Shown here: positions 32,251-42,408 of the stretch, one piece after another | How positions within the stretch are numbered: the stretch's first letter is position 1 | Layout of the letters: every line of letters begins with the position of its first letter | IMG/VR virus record: IMGVR_UViG_3300042350_002797 | Coordinates: 186,001-250,000 of that record | Direction: 5' to 3' (one strand) | Length of the DNA stretch: 64,000 nt | The notes under the pieces: generated by a model | What the model was told of the DNA's origin: nothing | The model's input: the letters and a program-made list of their open reading frames with translations, nothing else | The model's database searches: none | Program-made: the position numbers and the translations under genes

Positions 32251-32811
32251 GTTCTTAATATTCTTCCACTGTTCTGGAATTCTCCAACCTTCCGGTTGTA
32301 ATTGTTCAAACTCGATATTAGAGTAATGATCAAATAATTTTTTAAGTTGATAAATCCAAAAATCTGGAGCGACTCTTCTATCATGAGGGCCTGCATAATT
32401 TGCAGTTCCTTTATAGATATTATTGATAAAACTAGTTTTACTCCAAAGGTCAAATCCTAGTAGTATTATTTTTTTTGGATTTTTTAAACAAGCAAGCAGA
32501 ACTGCATAAGGTCCGCTATTCCAATGAAACGGTTGATCTACTTTATTAACACCGGTAAAAGGTAATATAGGTAAAGATTTTACTTGTTGAGTAAGTTTAT
32601 AATTATCAAACCAATCTTCCCTAGTGTAAATTGTTTTATCTTTGTTAGCTTCGTTTCTTAATATTTCGTCAACCATTCTTCGGTCAACCGCAACATATTC
32701 ATCACAAGTGTGATCTCTATGTACTGCATTACACCCTATAGTGTGATCTTTAATTTGATTAAGGGCAAAGCCTTCTCGACTTTGCCCATTGCCTATAACC
32801 CAGATTTTCAA
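32230..32811 (-). CDS. Glycosyltransferase-like / MptE(DUF115)-like Rossmann protein
   Basis: VIGNGQSR, IGCNA..RD, VAVD, NSGP.A, LLGFD; probable TTG start at 32811. Confidence 0.6.
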   Translation of the reverse strand: MKIWVIGNGQSREGFALNQIKDHTIGCNAVHRDHTCDEYVAVDRRMVDEILRNEANKDKTIYTREDWFDNYKLTQQVKSLPILPFTGVNKVDQPFHWNSGPYAVLLACLKNPKKIILLGFDLWSKTSFINNIYKGTANYAGPHDRRVAPDFWIYQLKKLFDHYSNIEFEQLQPEGWRIPEQWKNIKNLTITKL

Positions 32812-32819
32812 TTGTTTTT

Positions 32820-34160
32820 TTAAGTTCTTGTTATTGCGCCGAAAGGAGCCCAGATACCAGGAGTTCCAGGAGTAATACATACCCAACCTATATAACTAGT
32901 TGGTTTAGGATCATCATTCCATACAATATCTCCTTTATTGTATTGACCGGATGAAGGATAATTAGATCCGATTTCAAATTTCTTTCTTTGAAAACTAACA
33001 GGACCATCTACAGTCAATGCTACACCGTCTTGAGGAGCCGATACACCTATAGTTACGTTTCCATATAAGTTTAAAGGTCTGGATAAATTTTCATAGTTTC
33101 CTATTACTATATGGTCTGATAATTCAAAATCTACTATGTTAGAATTTTTAATAGAAAAATTTTGTTGGAATGTAATCTGATGTTCATCAATAACAAAATT
33201 TCCTACCTCTATTTGACTGGTACTAAGTCGTCTTGTTACCGCAGCATCACCTGCTACTTGTAGTTCTGTCAATACACCTACAGATGTTAACGAACTTGTT
33301 GTTACACTTGGTCCAAGAGTGTTTCTGTTTAGAACTGTTCTTCCATCAATCATATACGACTTTTCTAAAGGCAAGTCCAATGATTCAGTAGAATAGAATC
33401 TTTCTGGTTGATTATGTAGTACAAATTGCTTGCTAGGACCTTTTAAATTTGCCCACATTAATCCTTTACCGTAATTACTTACAGTTTCTGTTTCTTTAAA
33501 AATTAATAAAGTTGTTTTTTCAGTGTGTATTTCATCAGCAGTTAGTCTTCCATGAACTCTGACTTCTCCGTTTCTATATACAGTGATTCTCGCCTTATTA
33601 TCGGTAACTATATCTAAATGACTGCTAGTAAGGGTACCAATAATACCAGTTTCTGATTTAGAACTACCTATACCTAAATCAACACCGTTTTCTCTGATTC
33701 CTAAAGCTAGTTGTGGGCTGTCGTTGTTGATGCCTATTTTATTTTGATCACTGCTAATATAAAAGAATTCTCCGAATTCTCCATTACCTGCAACCTTTAA
33801 TGTTTTAAGTGTACCAACAGTTTTTAAATTACTTTTTACAACCGTATTTCCTAATTCGTATAAGGACAAAACTGTAGTATTTGAAATTTTATAATTTTGA
33901 TCCTCATCGAGATCTATTGATAAATCGGAATAGATGCTTTCTTTTTTATAAAATAACCCTTTATTTTTTCTGCCGTCGGACCAACTAAATCCTTTATTTT
34001 CTAATTCAGAAAAACTATTAGCTGTTATTTTAACAGCCGATGTTCCTTCTACATTAGCAACAGTGATTTTACCGTTGGTTATAAGCAAGGTATCTTGTGT
34101 AGCTAAATCAGATATACCTTGACTGCGAAATTTCAGGGGTTCATAAACGTTTAAGGCCAT
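32820..34160 (-). CDS. Virion structural/tail-associated protein
   Basis: Two TVL...LG..V..S.L..VG.L..L.V.G repeats; C-terminal KGDIVWN..P....GWVC..PGTPG.W..FG. Confidence 0.6.
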   Translation of the reverse strand: MALNVYEPLKFRSQGISDLATQDTLLITNGKITVANVEGTSAVKITANSFSELENKGFSWSDGRKNKGLFYKKESIYSDLSIDLDEDQNYKISNTTVLSLYELGNTVVKSNLKTVGTLKTLKVAGNGEFGEFFYISSDQNKIGINNDSPQLALGIRENGVDLGIGSSKSETGIIGTLTSSHLDIVTDNKARITVYRNGEVRVHGRLTADEIHTEKTTLLIFKETETVSNYGKGLMWANLKGPSKQFVLHNQPERFYSTESLDLPLEKSYMIDGRTVLNRNTLGPSVTTSSLTSVGVLTELQVAGDAAVTRRLSTSQIEVGNFVIDEHQITFQQNFSIKNSNIVDFELSDHIVIGNYENLSRPLNLYGNVTIGVSAPQDGVALTVDGPVSFQRKKFEIGSNYPSSGQYNKGDIVWNDDPKPTSYIGWVCITPGTPGIWAPFGAITRT

Positions 34161-34204
34161 AGAAATACTCTCTTTTGGAGTATTTATCCATGGCCTTACT
34201 TATT

Positions 34205-35383
34205 TCACTGTACTTTTAATAGTATTGTTTCTTCGTTTATTCTACCATTCATTTTAGTATCTGTAGCTTTTATGTCCTCGAGAAACTTACGTAGTGCTAC
34301 TTTACCAGCTGATTTAAACTCTTTTAGTTGGTCTGCGGGCTTTCTAAGTGTTTTTTGAACACTAAGAGTCTCACTGAATCCAGTAATACTAGCACCCTTA
34401 ACACCAAGTTCGTTAAAGTCGGCAGCTACATATTTGCCTAATTTACGAGTTTTAGTATTATAAATCCACAATTCTTTGGAACCAATAATATCAGCAGGAT
34501 TAATACTGACCAATTTCAAAGGTTCGTCAGACTTTTTATATTTGAGTTTAGCAACAATCTTGTCAGCAGGCACTACTTTTTTAGCACGTGGCTTACGATT
34601 GATTTTACTTTCTTGCATGAGCATAGTACATGCAGAATTTACTTCTGCGTAAAAATCAATAAGCTTTCGAATTTGTTTTTTACTGCGATGACTATACGCT
34701 TCACGTAATTGTTCGTCGGCTTGTCCACTAGCTAGTTCTTCTAGTTCAGCAAGATTGCCCGAGTAAAAGTCTCGGATGATACGTGCGTGAGCAGCTTTGG
34801 CATCTTTACCTTTTAGCAAGTTAAGAACTTTGAAAGCTTTTGGATCGAACGTTTCTGGATCTTCGTTCCAATTTTCGATAGCTGTTTCAATATCTTCCGT
34901 CATTGACATAGCAACTTCGCGAAGTCTATCTTGAATGCTAGGCTGTATCGTTGTAGTTTTAGCAATATCGTCTGTTACTTCTTCAACGTCATACGTGCCC
35001 TCACCTATAACTTTATTAACTTGAGCTAACAACCAATCCGCAGTGTTTCTGCCGTGATTAAAATCAGCTCGCTGTTCGGGCATACCCTTCAGTAAGCATG
35101 AAGCAATAGTTCCCATGGTAAGATGACTGCGCCAGTCTTTAGTACGCTTAAACGACGCTATAATGCTTTTGTCCACGCCTTTTTGCGTTAACCATTTAAT
35201 AACTTGAGGCTTTAGTTCTTTGCCACCGTATTCGGAACGGTAGTATAAAGAACTGTTATGAAAATGTGCATAAAACTTGTCAATGTCCCAACTTTCACTA
35301 CCTTCCCAATTTGGGCTAGTATCTCGTTTGGATTTAGAAGTTGCGGATTTTACAACGACTTTTTTAGCTTTAACGCGAGCCAT
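34205..35383 (-). CDS. Conserved hypothetical protein of T4-like phages
   Basis: SINPADIIG..ELWIYNTKTRKL, KTLRKP, NGRINE; RBS AGGAG. Confidence 0.65.
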   Translation of the reverse strand: MARVKAKKVVVKSATSKSKRDTSPNWEGSESWDIDKFYAHFHNSSLYYRSEYGGKELKPQVIKWLTQKGVDKSIIASFKRTKDWRSHLTMGTIASCLLKGMPEQRADFNHGRNTADWLLAQVNKVIGEGTYDVEEVTDDIAKTTTIQPSIQDRLREVAMSMTEDIETAIENWNEDPETFDPKAFKVLNLLKGKDAKAAHARIIRDFYSGNLAELEELASGQADEQLREAYSHRSKKQIRKLIDFYAEVNSACTMLMQESKINRKPRAKKVVPADKIVAKLKYKKSDEPLKLVSINPADIIGSKELWIYNTKTRKLGKYVAADFNELGVKGASITGFSETLSVQKTLRKPADQLKEFKSAGKVALRKFLEDIKATDTKMNGRINEETILLKVQ

Positions 35384-35411
35384 AATCACTCCTAGTTGTT
35401 AATTGTGAGTA

Positions 35412-35441
35412 ATTATAGCACGGTTGGGTCTTTTTTGTCAA
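35412..35441 (-). promoter_or_regulatory. Sigma70 promoter (extended -10)
   Basis: TTGACA-18-TATAAT, with TG one base upstream of the -10. Confidence 0.7.
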
Positions 35442-35637
35442 CCTGTTCTTTCGGCATCTCGGCTGGATTCATAATGGTATGCCTTAACCATTTAGCAATA
35501 CCCATGGAAATGTAAAACCTCATTATTAGATTGTTAACAATTAACAATCCAGCAATGATTATAATCATTCCAAGAGTTAGTAAGAAAGCACTATTAACAA
35601 AGTTAATAGCGGATATTACAGCAGAATAATCGTTCAT
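35413..35637 (-). CDS. Small membrane protein
   Basis: Hydrophobic 74 aa ORF. Confidence 0.5.
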   Translation of the reverse strand: MNDYSAVISAINFVNSAFLLTLGMIIIIAGLLIVNNLIMRFYISMGIAKWLRHTIMNPAEMPKEQVDKKDPTVL

Positions 35638-35651
35638 TTTTTAAACTTATA

Positions 35652-35690
35652 GAAAAACCCGAACATGAGCTATGCATCAGAGGTCCGGGC
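35652..35690 (-). terminator. Terminator-like hairpin
   Basis: CCCGGAC...GTTCGGG followed by TTTTT after the 35704 gene. Confidence 0.5.
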
Positions 35691-35703
35691 CGTGTTAATC
35701 GAA

Positions 35704-35943
35704 TTACTTCTTTTTTGGTTCGTCTTTTGGTGCCTTAACTACAGGCTTTTCAACTTTCGGCATTTCTTTAGGCTGCTTTTTACATTCAGTTTTATCTGCG
35801 TTTTTAGCATCCTTACAGTCAATTTTTGCTGACTTTGGTACACGAACTTCATAAGTCTTGCCATCGACTTTTACATTCTTATCTTCACCTGATACAGCGA
35901 AGGTTGCTGCTGTGGCTAATACAAGTGCTGTGATCATTTTCAT
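35704..35943 (-). CDS. Small secreted Lys-rich protein
   Basis: Signal peptide MKMITALVLATAATFA; two Cys; RBS AAGGAG. Confidence 0.6.
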   Translation of the reverse strand: MKMITALVLATAATFAVSGEDKNVKVDGKTYEVRVPKSAKIDCKDAKNADKTECKKQPKEMPKVEKPVVKAPKDEPKKK

Positions 35944-35968
35944 AGCGGTCTCCTTTGTTGAATATTTA

Positions 35969-36784
35969 TTAAGTCCAAAGACTTTCTCGGACTTTGATAA
36001 GACGAATCATCATCTCTTCATCCTCCTTATTGTATGCTGCTTCAATTTCTCGACTCTTATCTAAGGCAGTGTTACACATTTCAGCTTCTTCCGGAGTTTT
36101 ATCATCCATGTCCAGTAAGTGATATCCTTTTTCACGACGCATTTCGCAGTAGTCACTCCACCCGCTGGCATCGTACATATCGGGACGTGTTGGATAAATT
36201 TCCTTCCACCAAGTGTACAGTTCGTAAATTTCTCGAGCAGCCTTAGCTTGATAAGTGGGCTCAGCTAAATGCTTTTCACCCTCTTCGAGAAACTCTACAG
36301 TGGTTAGCTCCATTTCCCATTTTAAATGGGCAATGCCTGCTTCTGGACAACGCCATTGACGGAACCAACGACGCCACCAAGGATATCCAAATGTCTTACG
36401 AGCATCGTCGTCCCAAACACAGTGTGTCCACGCTTTCTCTATTTCAACAAAATCCACAAGCTCGTTGAAAAGACAAGGCAAAAAGCGATTGCCCACATCA
36501 CACCAATTACCTGGCGCAATATCTCTGGGATGGGCAGTAAGGGAATTAGTGCGAGTAACCCAGCGATTATTAACGTAATACCTAATATCATTTATTCTTT
36601 CCGGAATCCAGCACCAAACGTCTTGAATATGGTCTAACCCTTCTTCGGCCAGCCACCAACGGATCGGATATTTCTCTTTAGCGGCTTTTTCCCATTCTCT
36701 CCATTCTTTTCCGGTACCACATTTTAGTTTGGTAGTACCGCGAATCCAATCGGCAAATTTACTACAAGTCCAATAATTTCTCAT
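35969..36784 (-). CDS. Trp-rich hypothetical phage protein
   Basis: 271 aa; LFNELVDFVE.E, ELYTWW, RLIKVR..LWT. Confidence 0.65.
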   Translation of the reverse strand: MRNYWTCSKFADWIRGTTKLKCGTGKEWREWEKAAKEKYPIRWWLAEEGLDHIQDVWCWIPERINDIRYYVNNRWVTRTNSLTAHPRDIAPGNWCDVGNRFLPCLFNELVDFVEIEKAWTHCVWDDDARKTFGYPWWRRWFRQWRCPEAGIAHLKWEMELTTVEFLEEGEKHLAEPTYQAKAAREIYELYTWWKEIYPTRPDMYDASGWSDYCEMRREKGYHLLDMDDKTPEEAEMCNTALDKSREIEAAYNKEDEEMMIRLIKVRESLWT

Positions 36785-37452
36785 TCGTTTTTACTTCCAA
36801 AAAGATGTAATAGGTTAAGGAATATGTTAATAAAATCTAAGTACAAAGTCAAGGCTCCGGCTACCTCAGCATTGCCATTGTTATCATAGCTAACCATTTC
36901 ACGAATACGTTGTGTATCATAAGCGGTTAGCCCCAAAAAGATTATGATAGCCAACGCACTGATTACAGTAGTCATTACACTACTACCCACAAAAATATTA
37001 ACAATGCTAGCGATACAAATAGCAATTAGTCCTACAATCAAAAATTGTCCGAAACTCTCTAAACTACGTTTTGTAAAATAACCATAAAAGGTCATACAGC
37101 CAAAAAGTATAGCTGCGCTCATAAATGACATAACAATACTAGCACCGGTATAGATTACAAAAATAGCACTGAAACTTAGTCCCATTAATACAGAAAATAC
37201 CCATAGTAGCATAGTGGCCGTATCTTTGCTAAGGTCTTCCATTTTAAAACTAAAAAATAAAATGAATCCAATGGGCGCCAGCATAATCAACCATTTTAAT
37301 GGCGTTCCGAAAAACAGTGCCATCATCATGGGTGTATTGCCTACTATGAAACTAGTAACCATACTAATCAAAACGGCTATCATCATATTTTGATAAACAC
37401 GTATCATTGCTGAATTGACTTCAGCAGCACTTTTATAAGTTGTAACAAACAT
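36781..37452 (-). CDS. Bax inhibitor-1/YccA family membrane protein
   Basis: Multi-TM; GLTAYDTQRI, GALTLYLDFINIF. Confidence 0.9.
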   Translation of the reverse strand: MFVTTYKSAAEVNSAMIRVYQNMMIAVLISMVTSFIVGNTPMMMALFFGTPLKWLIMLAPIGFILFFSFKMEDLSKDTATMLLWVFSVLMGLSFSAIFVIYTGASIVMSFMSAAILFGCMTFYGYFTKRSLESFGQFLIVGLIAICIASIVNIFVGSSVMTTVISALAIIIFLGLTAYDTQRIREMVSYDNNGNAEVAGALTLYLDFINIFLNLLHLFGSKNE

Positions 37453-37464
37453 TATGTGTCTCCT

Positions 37465-37653
37465 TTAATTCTGTGGTAATTGATGAAATCTACTTAAAAA
37501 GCTTTCTGTGTAACAACTAAACTCTTTAGGTTCATCGTACTCACTATCGATTCTACGATAATGAACCCACATGTTACCTTCTACTTCAACTTCATTAATA
37601 ACTTGAAATCTTCTACCATCCGCACTTTGCCATAGTGATCCTTGTGTTATCAT
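37465..37653 (-). CDS. Small hypothetical protein
   Basis: 62 aa, RBS AAGGAG; GSLW...F.V......WVHY...ESFLSRF. Confidence 0.55.
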   Translation of the reverse strand: MITQGSLWQSADGRRFQVINEVEVEGNMWVHYRRIDSEYDEPKEFSCYTESFLSRFHQLPQN

Positions 37654-37677
37654 AAGTAACTCCTTTGTTATGATATA

Positions 37678-38997
37678 TTATATCTTTTCTCCTACTTCGA
37701 AACCTCTGAAATGAAGAAATCTTGGAAATCTCAAACTATAACTGCCATCTTGATTTTGGGTCACGGCGTCTGCTCTTACTTCAACAATTTTTCCAAAAAG
37801 AGAACTCCGTGAATTCCAAAAAGTATCGCGATCAGAGTCGCTAAAACCGGAACCAACGTTAACCCTGATGTGCCTAGCGTCGTCATTACCCTCACAGACA
37901 AGAGCACCAAGCCGTCCCACATTCCTTCCAGTACCTTCTTCAACATCTGTGACCTCCAATGAAACTTCGATAAATGGTTTTAATTTTAACCAACTAGTAG
38001 TACGTTTACATTCATAAGGAGCCAGGGGATCCTTGATCATAATACCTTCGTAATTATTTTCAATAGCAGATTTGTTATACATACGAAATAGATTTTGTCC
38101 TTCATCTGTATCTAAATCTACAATAGCTTGATCTAAGCACCGTACATATGACATCGACTTGTTAAGCTTATTATTATACCAGTTGTGCAACCAGCTACTA
38201 CGGTCTCTTTGGATCGTATTAAAAATACCTGATTCAAAAGCTGACAACGGTAAAATATCGAATAACCACAAGACTGCATCATTAGCCGCAACATTGTCTT
38301 TACGATGAACCTGTTTCATTAGGTCCTGGAAACTTGAACTCATAACTTCACCGTCAAGCACCATTGGTTCTGTAAATGTATTGGCGTTTAGTGCAAGTTC
38401 TTCTTTGATGTGTTCAAAGTTTACAAGCTCTTTGCCATTCCGGCTAAATTGAAGAACACGACCATCTGGCCAAACAACAGTAATAACACGCACACCATCC
38501 AACTTGACTTCCACCAATTTTTTACCTGTAAGTTTTCCTTCATGATTAGCACTATCGTGAGCAAGCTGGCAGCTGAAAGTAGGTATAATGTAATCTGCAT
38601 ATTTTTTCTCCACTACTTTGTTAATTGTTTTTTCACTTACACCACAACGTAGGTCTTTAATAAGAATACGACGATACCAATCATTCCATTCATTCTTTTT
38701 AGCAATAGTAAGACAGAGTTCAATAGCGTCTTTAGCATCGTGACCGGTAAGTTCACGTTTCGCTAATTTGTCTGCCAGATCTTCAAACACTTCCCAAGGT
38801 AGTCCTTGGCCGTCTGGACCGCTATGGCTAGGAACTTTTTTAACACCAAATGTGACCATTGGATCTAGTGCTAGGCGAACGCCTTTAAAAAATTCGTCAT
38901 TACCTTGTTCAGCTTGTACCAAAATAATGGCTTCCTTGTCTAAACGACTATTATGTGTTTCTAATGCGGTGATAACATATTGGCAAGGATCGGACAT
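37678..38997 (-). CDS. ATP-dependent DNA ligase
   Basis: EVKLDGVR (motif I), LDGEV, FDIL, EGIMIKD, WLKLKP, VGSGFSD, SLRFPRF. Confidence 0.95.
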   Translation of the reverse strand: MSDPCQYVITALETHNSRLDKEAIILVQAEQGNDEFFKGVRLALDPMVTFGVKKVPSHSGPDGQGLPWEVFEDLADKLAKRELTGHDAKDAIELCLTIAKKNEWNDWYRRILIKDLRCGVSEKTINKVVEKKYADYIIPTFSCQLAHDSANHEGKLTGKKLVEVKLDGVRVITVVWPDGRVLQFSRNGKELVNFEHIKEELALNANTFTEPMVLDGEVMSSSFQDLMKQVHRKDNVAANDAVLWLFDILPLSAFESGIFNTIQRDRSSWLHNWYNNKLNKSMSYVRCLDQAIVDLDTDEGQNLFRMYNKSAIENNYEGIMIKDPLAPYECKRTTSWLKLKPFIEVSLEVTDVEEGTGRNVGRLGALVCEGNDDARHIRVNVGSGFSDSDRDTFWNSRSSLFGKIVEVRADAVTQNQDGSYSLRFPRFLHFRGFEVGEKI

Positions 38998-39027
38998 AGT
39001 TTTTGTATATGATTAGTTAATACGCTG

Positions 39028-39056
39028 ATTATACTTGAATTTGTTTAGTATGTCAA
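39028..39056 (-). promoter_or_regulatory. Sigma70 promoter for DNA ligase
   Basis: TTGACA-17-TATAAT. Confidence 0.8.
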
Positions 39057-39773
39057 GTAATCTGAAGTTTTAAATGGTTTGCCAATTTTGGCATAGGGTA
39101 AGTAATATATTACTTTCTTTTTAAGTTTTTTGATTATAGGATGATTATGATCGAAATTGAATGTTCTCAGATATCTAAGGTAGCTACTTCTTTTACATCG
39201 ATTAGCTTGATTACTGTCTAGATATTTTTTGGATTTCGACCAATTCGTTCCAAATTTATCATATAATTCACAGGCTATGTTAAAAGCATAAGCACCAATT
39301 TCGTCTGGGTGTCCGTAATAGTTTTGATTACGTCTTTGTGTGATCAAATGGGCTGTACTTTGATATCCAGGAATGGTTTTCCAATTTCTAGTTCTATACT
39401 GTCTCATATGTATGATTTCATGCAGTATAGTATCAGCGAAAACCTCGCATATTCTGTGCCAACGATACTGGGTGATTTTTAAGTATTCGTCCCAAATGAA
39501 ATAACTAAACACTATTTCAATAAATCGTTTTTCGTTTTCTTCATCTTCGTCACCATAATAACAGCCGCCTATATAAATGATACCGTGCTCTTGTTCGGCA
39601 GTGCGTACCATTTTAGTTTTGACTGGAAGATATTTTTTGGTTTGATTTGCGAGAATACTGTGTATTTTTTCAATAGTAAGTACCTGCCCTACTATGCGTT
39701 TTCGGGCACCGTTGAGGAAACCATAAAGTGTAGATCGATCCAGTTTGGACCAATCAAATACTGCTTGGGCCAT
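39045..39773 (-). CDS. Putative zincin metallopeptidase
   Basis: ILHEIIHMRQ (HExxH) and DEIGAYA; TATAAATA upstream at 39790-39797. Confidence 0.6.
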   Translation of the reverse strand: MAQAVFDWSKLDRSTLYGFLNGARKRIVGQVLTIEKIHSILANQTKKYLPVKTKMVRTAEQEHGIIYIGGCYYGDEDEENEKRFIEIVFSYFIWDEYLKITQYRWHRICEVFADTILHEIIHMRQYRTRNWKTIPGYQSTAHLITQRRNQNYYGHPDEIGAYAFNIACELYDKFGTNWSKSKKYLDSNQANRCKRSSYLRYLRTFNFDHNHPIIKKLKKKVIYYLPYAKIGKPFKTSDYLTY

Positions 39774-39828
39774 AGTCTGCTCCTACATATATTTATAGCA
39801 GACTATGTAACCTAATTATATACGCATA

Positions 39829-40416
39829 TTATCTTTTAGTGATAATTTCGTCAATTAGTCCATATTCTAATGCTTCTTGGGCACTCATGAACTTATCACG
39901 TTCCATGTCAGCAAGCAACTGTTCGTAAGTCTTGCCCTTGCTATTATGATTAACATAGAGTTCAGTTAAGCTCTTTTTCATTTTAAGAATTTCTTCAACT
40001 TGAATCTGCATGTCTGTAGCTTGTCCACGAGCACCACCGCTAGGTTGGTGAATCATGTGCCTAGCATTAGGAAGCATACGCCGCTTACCAGGAGCACCGG
40101 AGGTAGCCAAAAGACTGCCCATAGAACAGGCCTGGCCGATAACAATAGTAGCAACATCGGGTTTGATAAATTGCATTGTATCATAAATCGCCATACCAGC
40201 GGTAACGACACCGCCAGGGCTATTAATAAAAAACTGAATGTCATCATTGCCTTGACTTTCTAAAAATAATAGCTGTGCTACGATTATACTGGCGCTGTGT
40301 TCGTTAACATCAGTGTCTAACATAACAATACGATCTTTAAGTAGACGACTATAAATGTCATAGGCACGTTCGCCACGTGCTTCTTGTTCTACAACCATTG
40401 GTACTAAATGTGGCAT
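39829..40416 (-). CDS. clpP: ClpP protease subunit
   Basis: [48 protein letters not shown]. Confidence 0.96.
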   Translation of the reverse strand: MPHLVPMVVEQEARGERAYDIYSRLLKDRIVMLDTDVNEHSASIIVAQLLFLESQGNDDIQFFINSPGGVVTAGMAIYDTMQFIKPDVATIVIGQACSMGSLLATSGAPGKRRMLPNARHMIHQPSGGARGQATDMQIQVEEILKMKKSLTELYVNHNSKGKTYEQLLADMERDKFMSAQEALEYGLIDEIITKR

Positions 40417-40425
40417 ATATTTCCT

Positions 40426-40791
40426 TTATCTGATAACCTGTTTTGATTGTGATCCGATCTTATATAGTTCTCGACCTCTTGCTCTTATTTGAGTTACTGC
40501 TTCTTGTGGATCGGAATTGAACCATTGTTTAACTTGTTCTTCTGTAATTCCTTGTTCTACAGTCATTGTATAAATTTCATAATTACGTTGACTGTTTATT
40601 CTTGCTCTCATTAACAAAGAATTTAAATTAAAAGGCCGTTCTAATGGTTCTCCTTTTAATGCTTTAATCATGTTACGTTTTTCTATGACAGTCACATCTT
40701 GACAAAATTCTAAACCATACATATCCCACATAAAAAGAAATACGTGAGGAATGCGTTCATCATTTTCCAAGTTGTTGTCTGAGTTCTGCAT
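40426..40791 (-). CDS. Hypothetical phage protein
   Basis: MWD.YGLE, LMRAR.NSQR.YEIY. Confidence 0.55.
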   Translation of the reverse strand: MQNSDNNLENDERIPHVFLFMWDMYGLEFCQDVTVIEKRNMIKALKGEPLERPFNLNSLLMRARINSQRNYEIYTMTVEQGITEEQVKQWFNSDPQEAVTQIRARGRELYKIGSQSKQVIR

Positions 40792-40897
40792 TTTCGTCCT
40801 TTAGACGTTTAATTTCCTCAACAAGATACATTAGTAGATTTTTAAAATTCTCTGCTGTAGTCTCTGCTTCTTTAATAAAGTCAATTTCTTGTTCCAT
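40760..40897 (-). CDS. Small coiled-coil protein (45 aa)
   Basis: Not in track. MEQEIDFIKEAETT...ENAELRQQLGK*; AGGA upstream. Confidence 0.55.
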   Translation of the reverse strand: MEQEIDFIKEAETTAENFKNLLMYLVEEIKRLKDENAELRQQLGK

Positions 40898-40906
40898 ATA
40901 TTTTTC

Positions 40907-41305
40907 CTATTCTTTAGTGAGTGAACTTAATTGTTTATAACCTTTGTATGTCGGATGTACTTTATCTTGGGAAAGTTCTGGAATAATGATAAAAGTATCG
41001 CCGTAGTACCTGGCAATTTTTTTAACTAATTCTTGTTTTTCAGGTTTTATAGCCGGAACAATCCAGAAGATATGATCAGAGTTTACAAACGATCTTAACG
41101 CTACTAGTTCAATCTCTGTGTTAAGATTTTTATAATCATTACTGCCTAAACTGATAATAGTAGTTTTTGCCGGAACAATTTTTTTAACAAATCGATCATT
41201 CCAATCTCTACTATTAATACCACTTTGGACATAAGCAACACATTCTTTTCTTATGTCGCTTATACCCTTAGCAATACTATCACCTAGTATTAAACAATCT
41301 AGCAC
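40907..41305 (-). CDS. SGNH/GDSL hydrolase
   Basis: ILGDSIA, SLGSND, DKVHP. Confidence 0.8.
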   Translation of the reverse strand: MLDCLILGDSIAKGISDIRKECVAYVQSGINSRDWNDRFVKKIVPAKTTIISLGSNDYKNLNTEIELVALRSFVNSDHIFWIVPAIKPEKQELVKKIARYYGDTFIIIPELSQDKVHPTYKGYKQLSSLTKE

Positions 41306-41306
41306 A

Positions 41307-41510
41307 TTAGGCTCCGAAATGATTTTTAAGAACTTCTAATTTATCTTCATATTCGGCGATATGTGCTATTTCATTCTCCATAGCTGTCATCCAATCTGTG
41401 TGATCGTGAATAGCTATAGGATTGTTTAACATAACTTCTACATTCATTCGATGCTTTTCAATATGACTTTCAAAATGTAGCTTTGCTGCTTTTACTAATT
41501 GATCTTTCAT
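41307..41510 (-). CDS. Small hypothetical phage protein
   Basis: HIEKH..NVEV.L.NP..I.DH.D pattern. Confidence 0.6.
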   Translation of the reverse strand: MKDQLVKAAKLHFESHIEKHRMNVEVMLNNPIAIHDHTDWMTAMENEIAHIAEYEDKLEVLKNHFGA

Positions 41511-41511
41511 T

Positions 41512-42408
41512 TTATACCTCCACGTATTTTAGTTTAAAGTTATCTGCACGTTCTTCATATCCATCGTATCCACGAGGATTACAAACAATGCGAGTAGTAC
41601 CAATCATGTAGTCAAAGTCTTCATGTGTATGACCATGAGTCCATAATTTAATTTGCCTACGATCCAAAATGAAGTTATCTAAATTAGTGCTGTAAGCACC
41701 ATTCATAGTAAATTCGGACTTGTATCGAGGATGCGTACTGGCCTTACTAGGTGCGTGATGTCCGACTACTACTGTAGGCAGGTCTGGGTGTAGAGCCAAT
41801 ACCTCATCCAATCCTTTAAGAAAAGCTCGATGATCTTCTACACTGTCCTCGGGTCGAAACTGAGCAGGTCTTTCTTTAAAAGAAAACGCATCTACTTCAT
41901 CTTTAGTCAAGTCAGGCACACGATATGAAACTGTCTTATTAGAGTTTTGTACGCCTCTGTAATCATTCATACAGTATGCCATCTCACGCAGAGTTTTTGG
42001 ATCTTCATTATTCATGTCTGTCCATAGTGTACCACCAAAGAACAGCACACCATTAATGATACGCCACTCTTTGTCTAAGAAATGAACATTACTCATTTCA
42101 CCGACTACAGTACGAATTACACTAGCAGATTCCGCATAGTCACCGTGATAGTGTTCATGGTTACCCATGATTAAAATAACCTGTGGGAATCTTTCACTAC
42201 AACGTTTTAAGAAGTTGTAATAACGCTCTCCACGAGCTAACATACTTGGAGTAGCTGCCATAATCTGCTCGTCCACGTAACTGAAGTTTTTAACATCTTC
42301 AGCCACAAGGATATCTCCACCGAGGATCAGCACATCGGCATTTTCATCATTGTGTAGGTCCAAATCTCCAAACTCAAGATGGACATCACTGGTTACTGCG
42401 ATTTTCAT
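41512..42408 (-). CDS. Calcineurin-like metallophosphoesterase
   Basis: SDVHLE, GGDI, GNHE, HHAP, HGHTH, NPRGY. Confidence 0.9.
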   Translation of the reverse strand: MKIAVTSDVHLEFGDLDLHNDENADVLILGGDILVAEDVKNFSYVDEQIMAATPSMLARGERYYNFLKRCSERFPQVILIMGNHEHYHGDYAESASVIRTVVGEMSNVHFLDKEWRIINGVLFFGGTLWTDMNNEDPKTLREMAYCMNDYRGVQNSNKTVSYRVPDLTKDEVDAFSFKERPAQFRPEDSVEDHRAFLKGLDEVLALHPDLPTVVVGHHAPSKASTHPRYKSEFTMNGAYSTNLDNFILDRRQIKLWTHGHTHEDFDYMIGTTRIVCNPRGYDGYEERADNFKLKYVEV

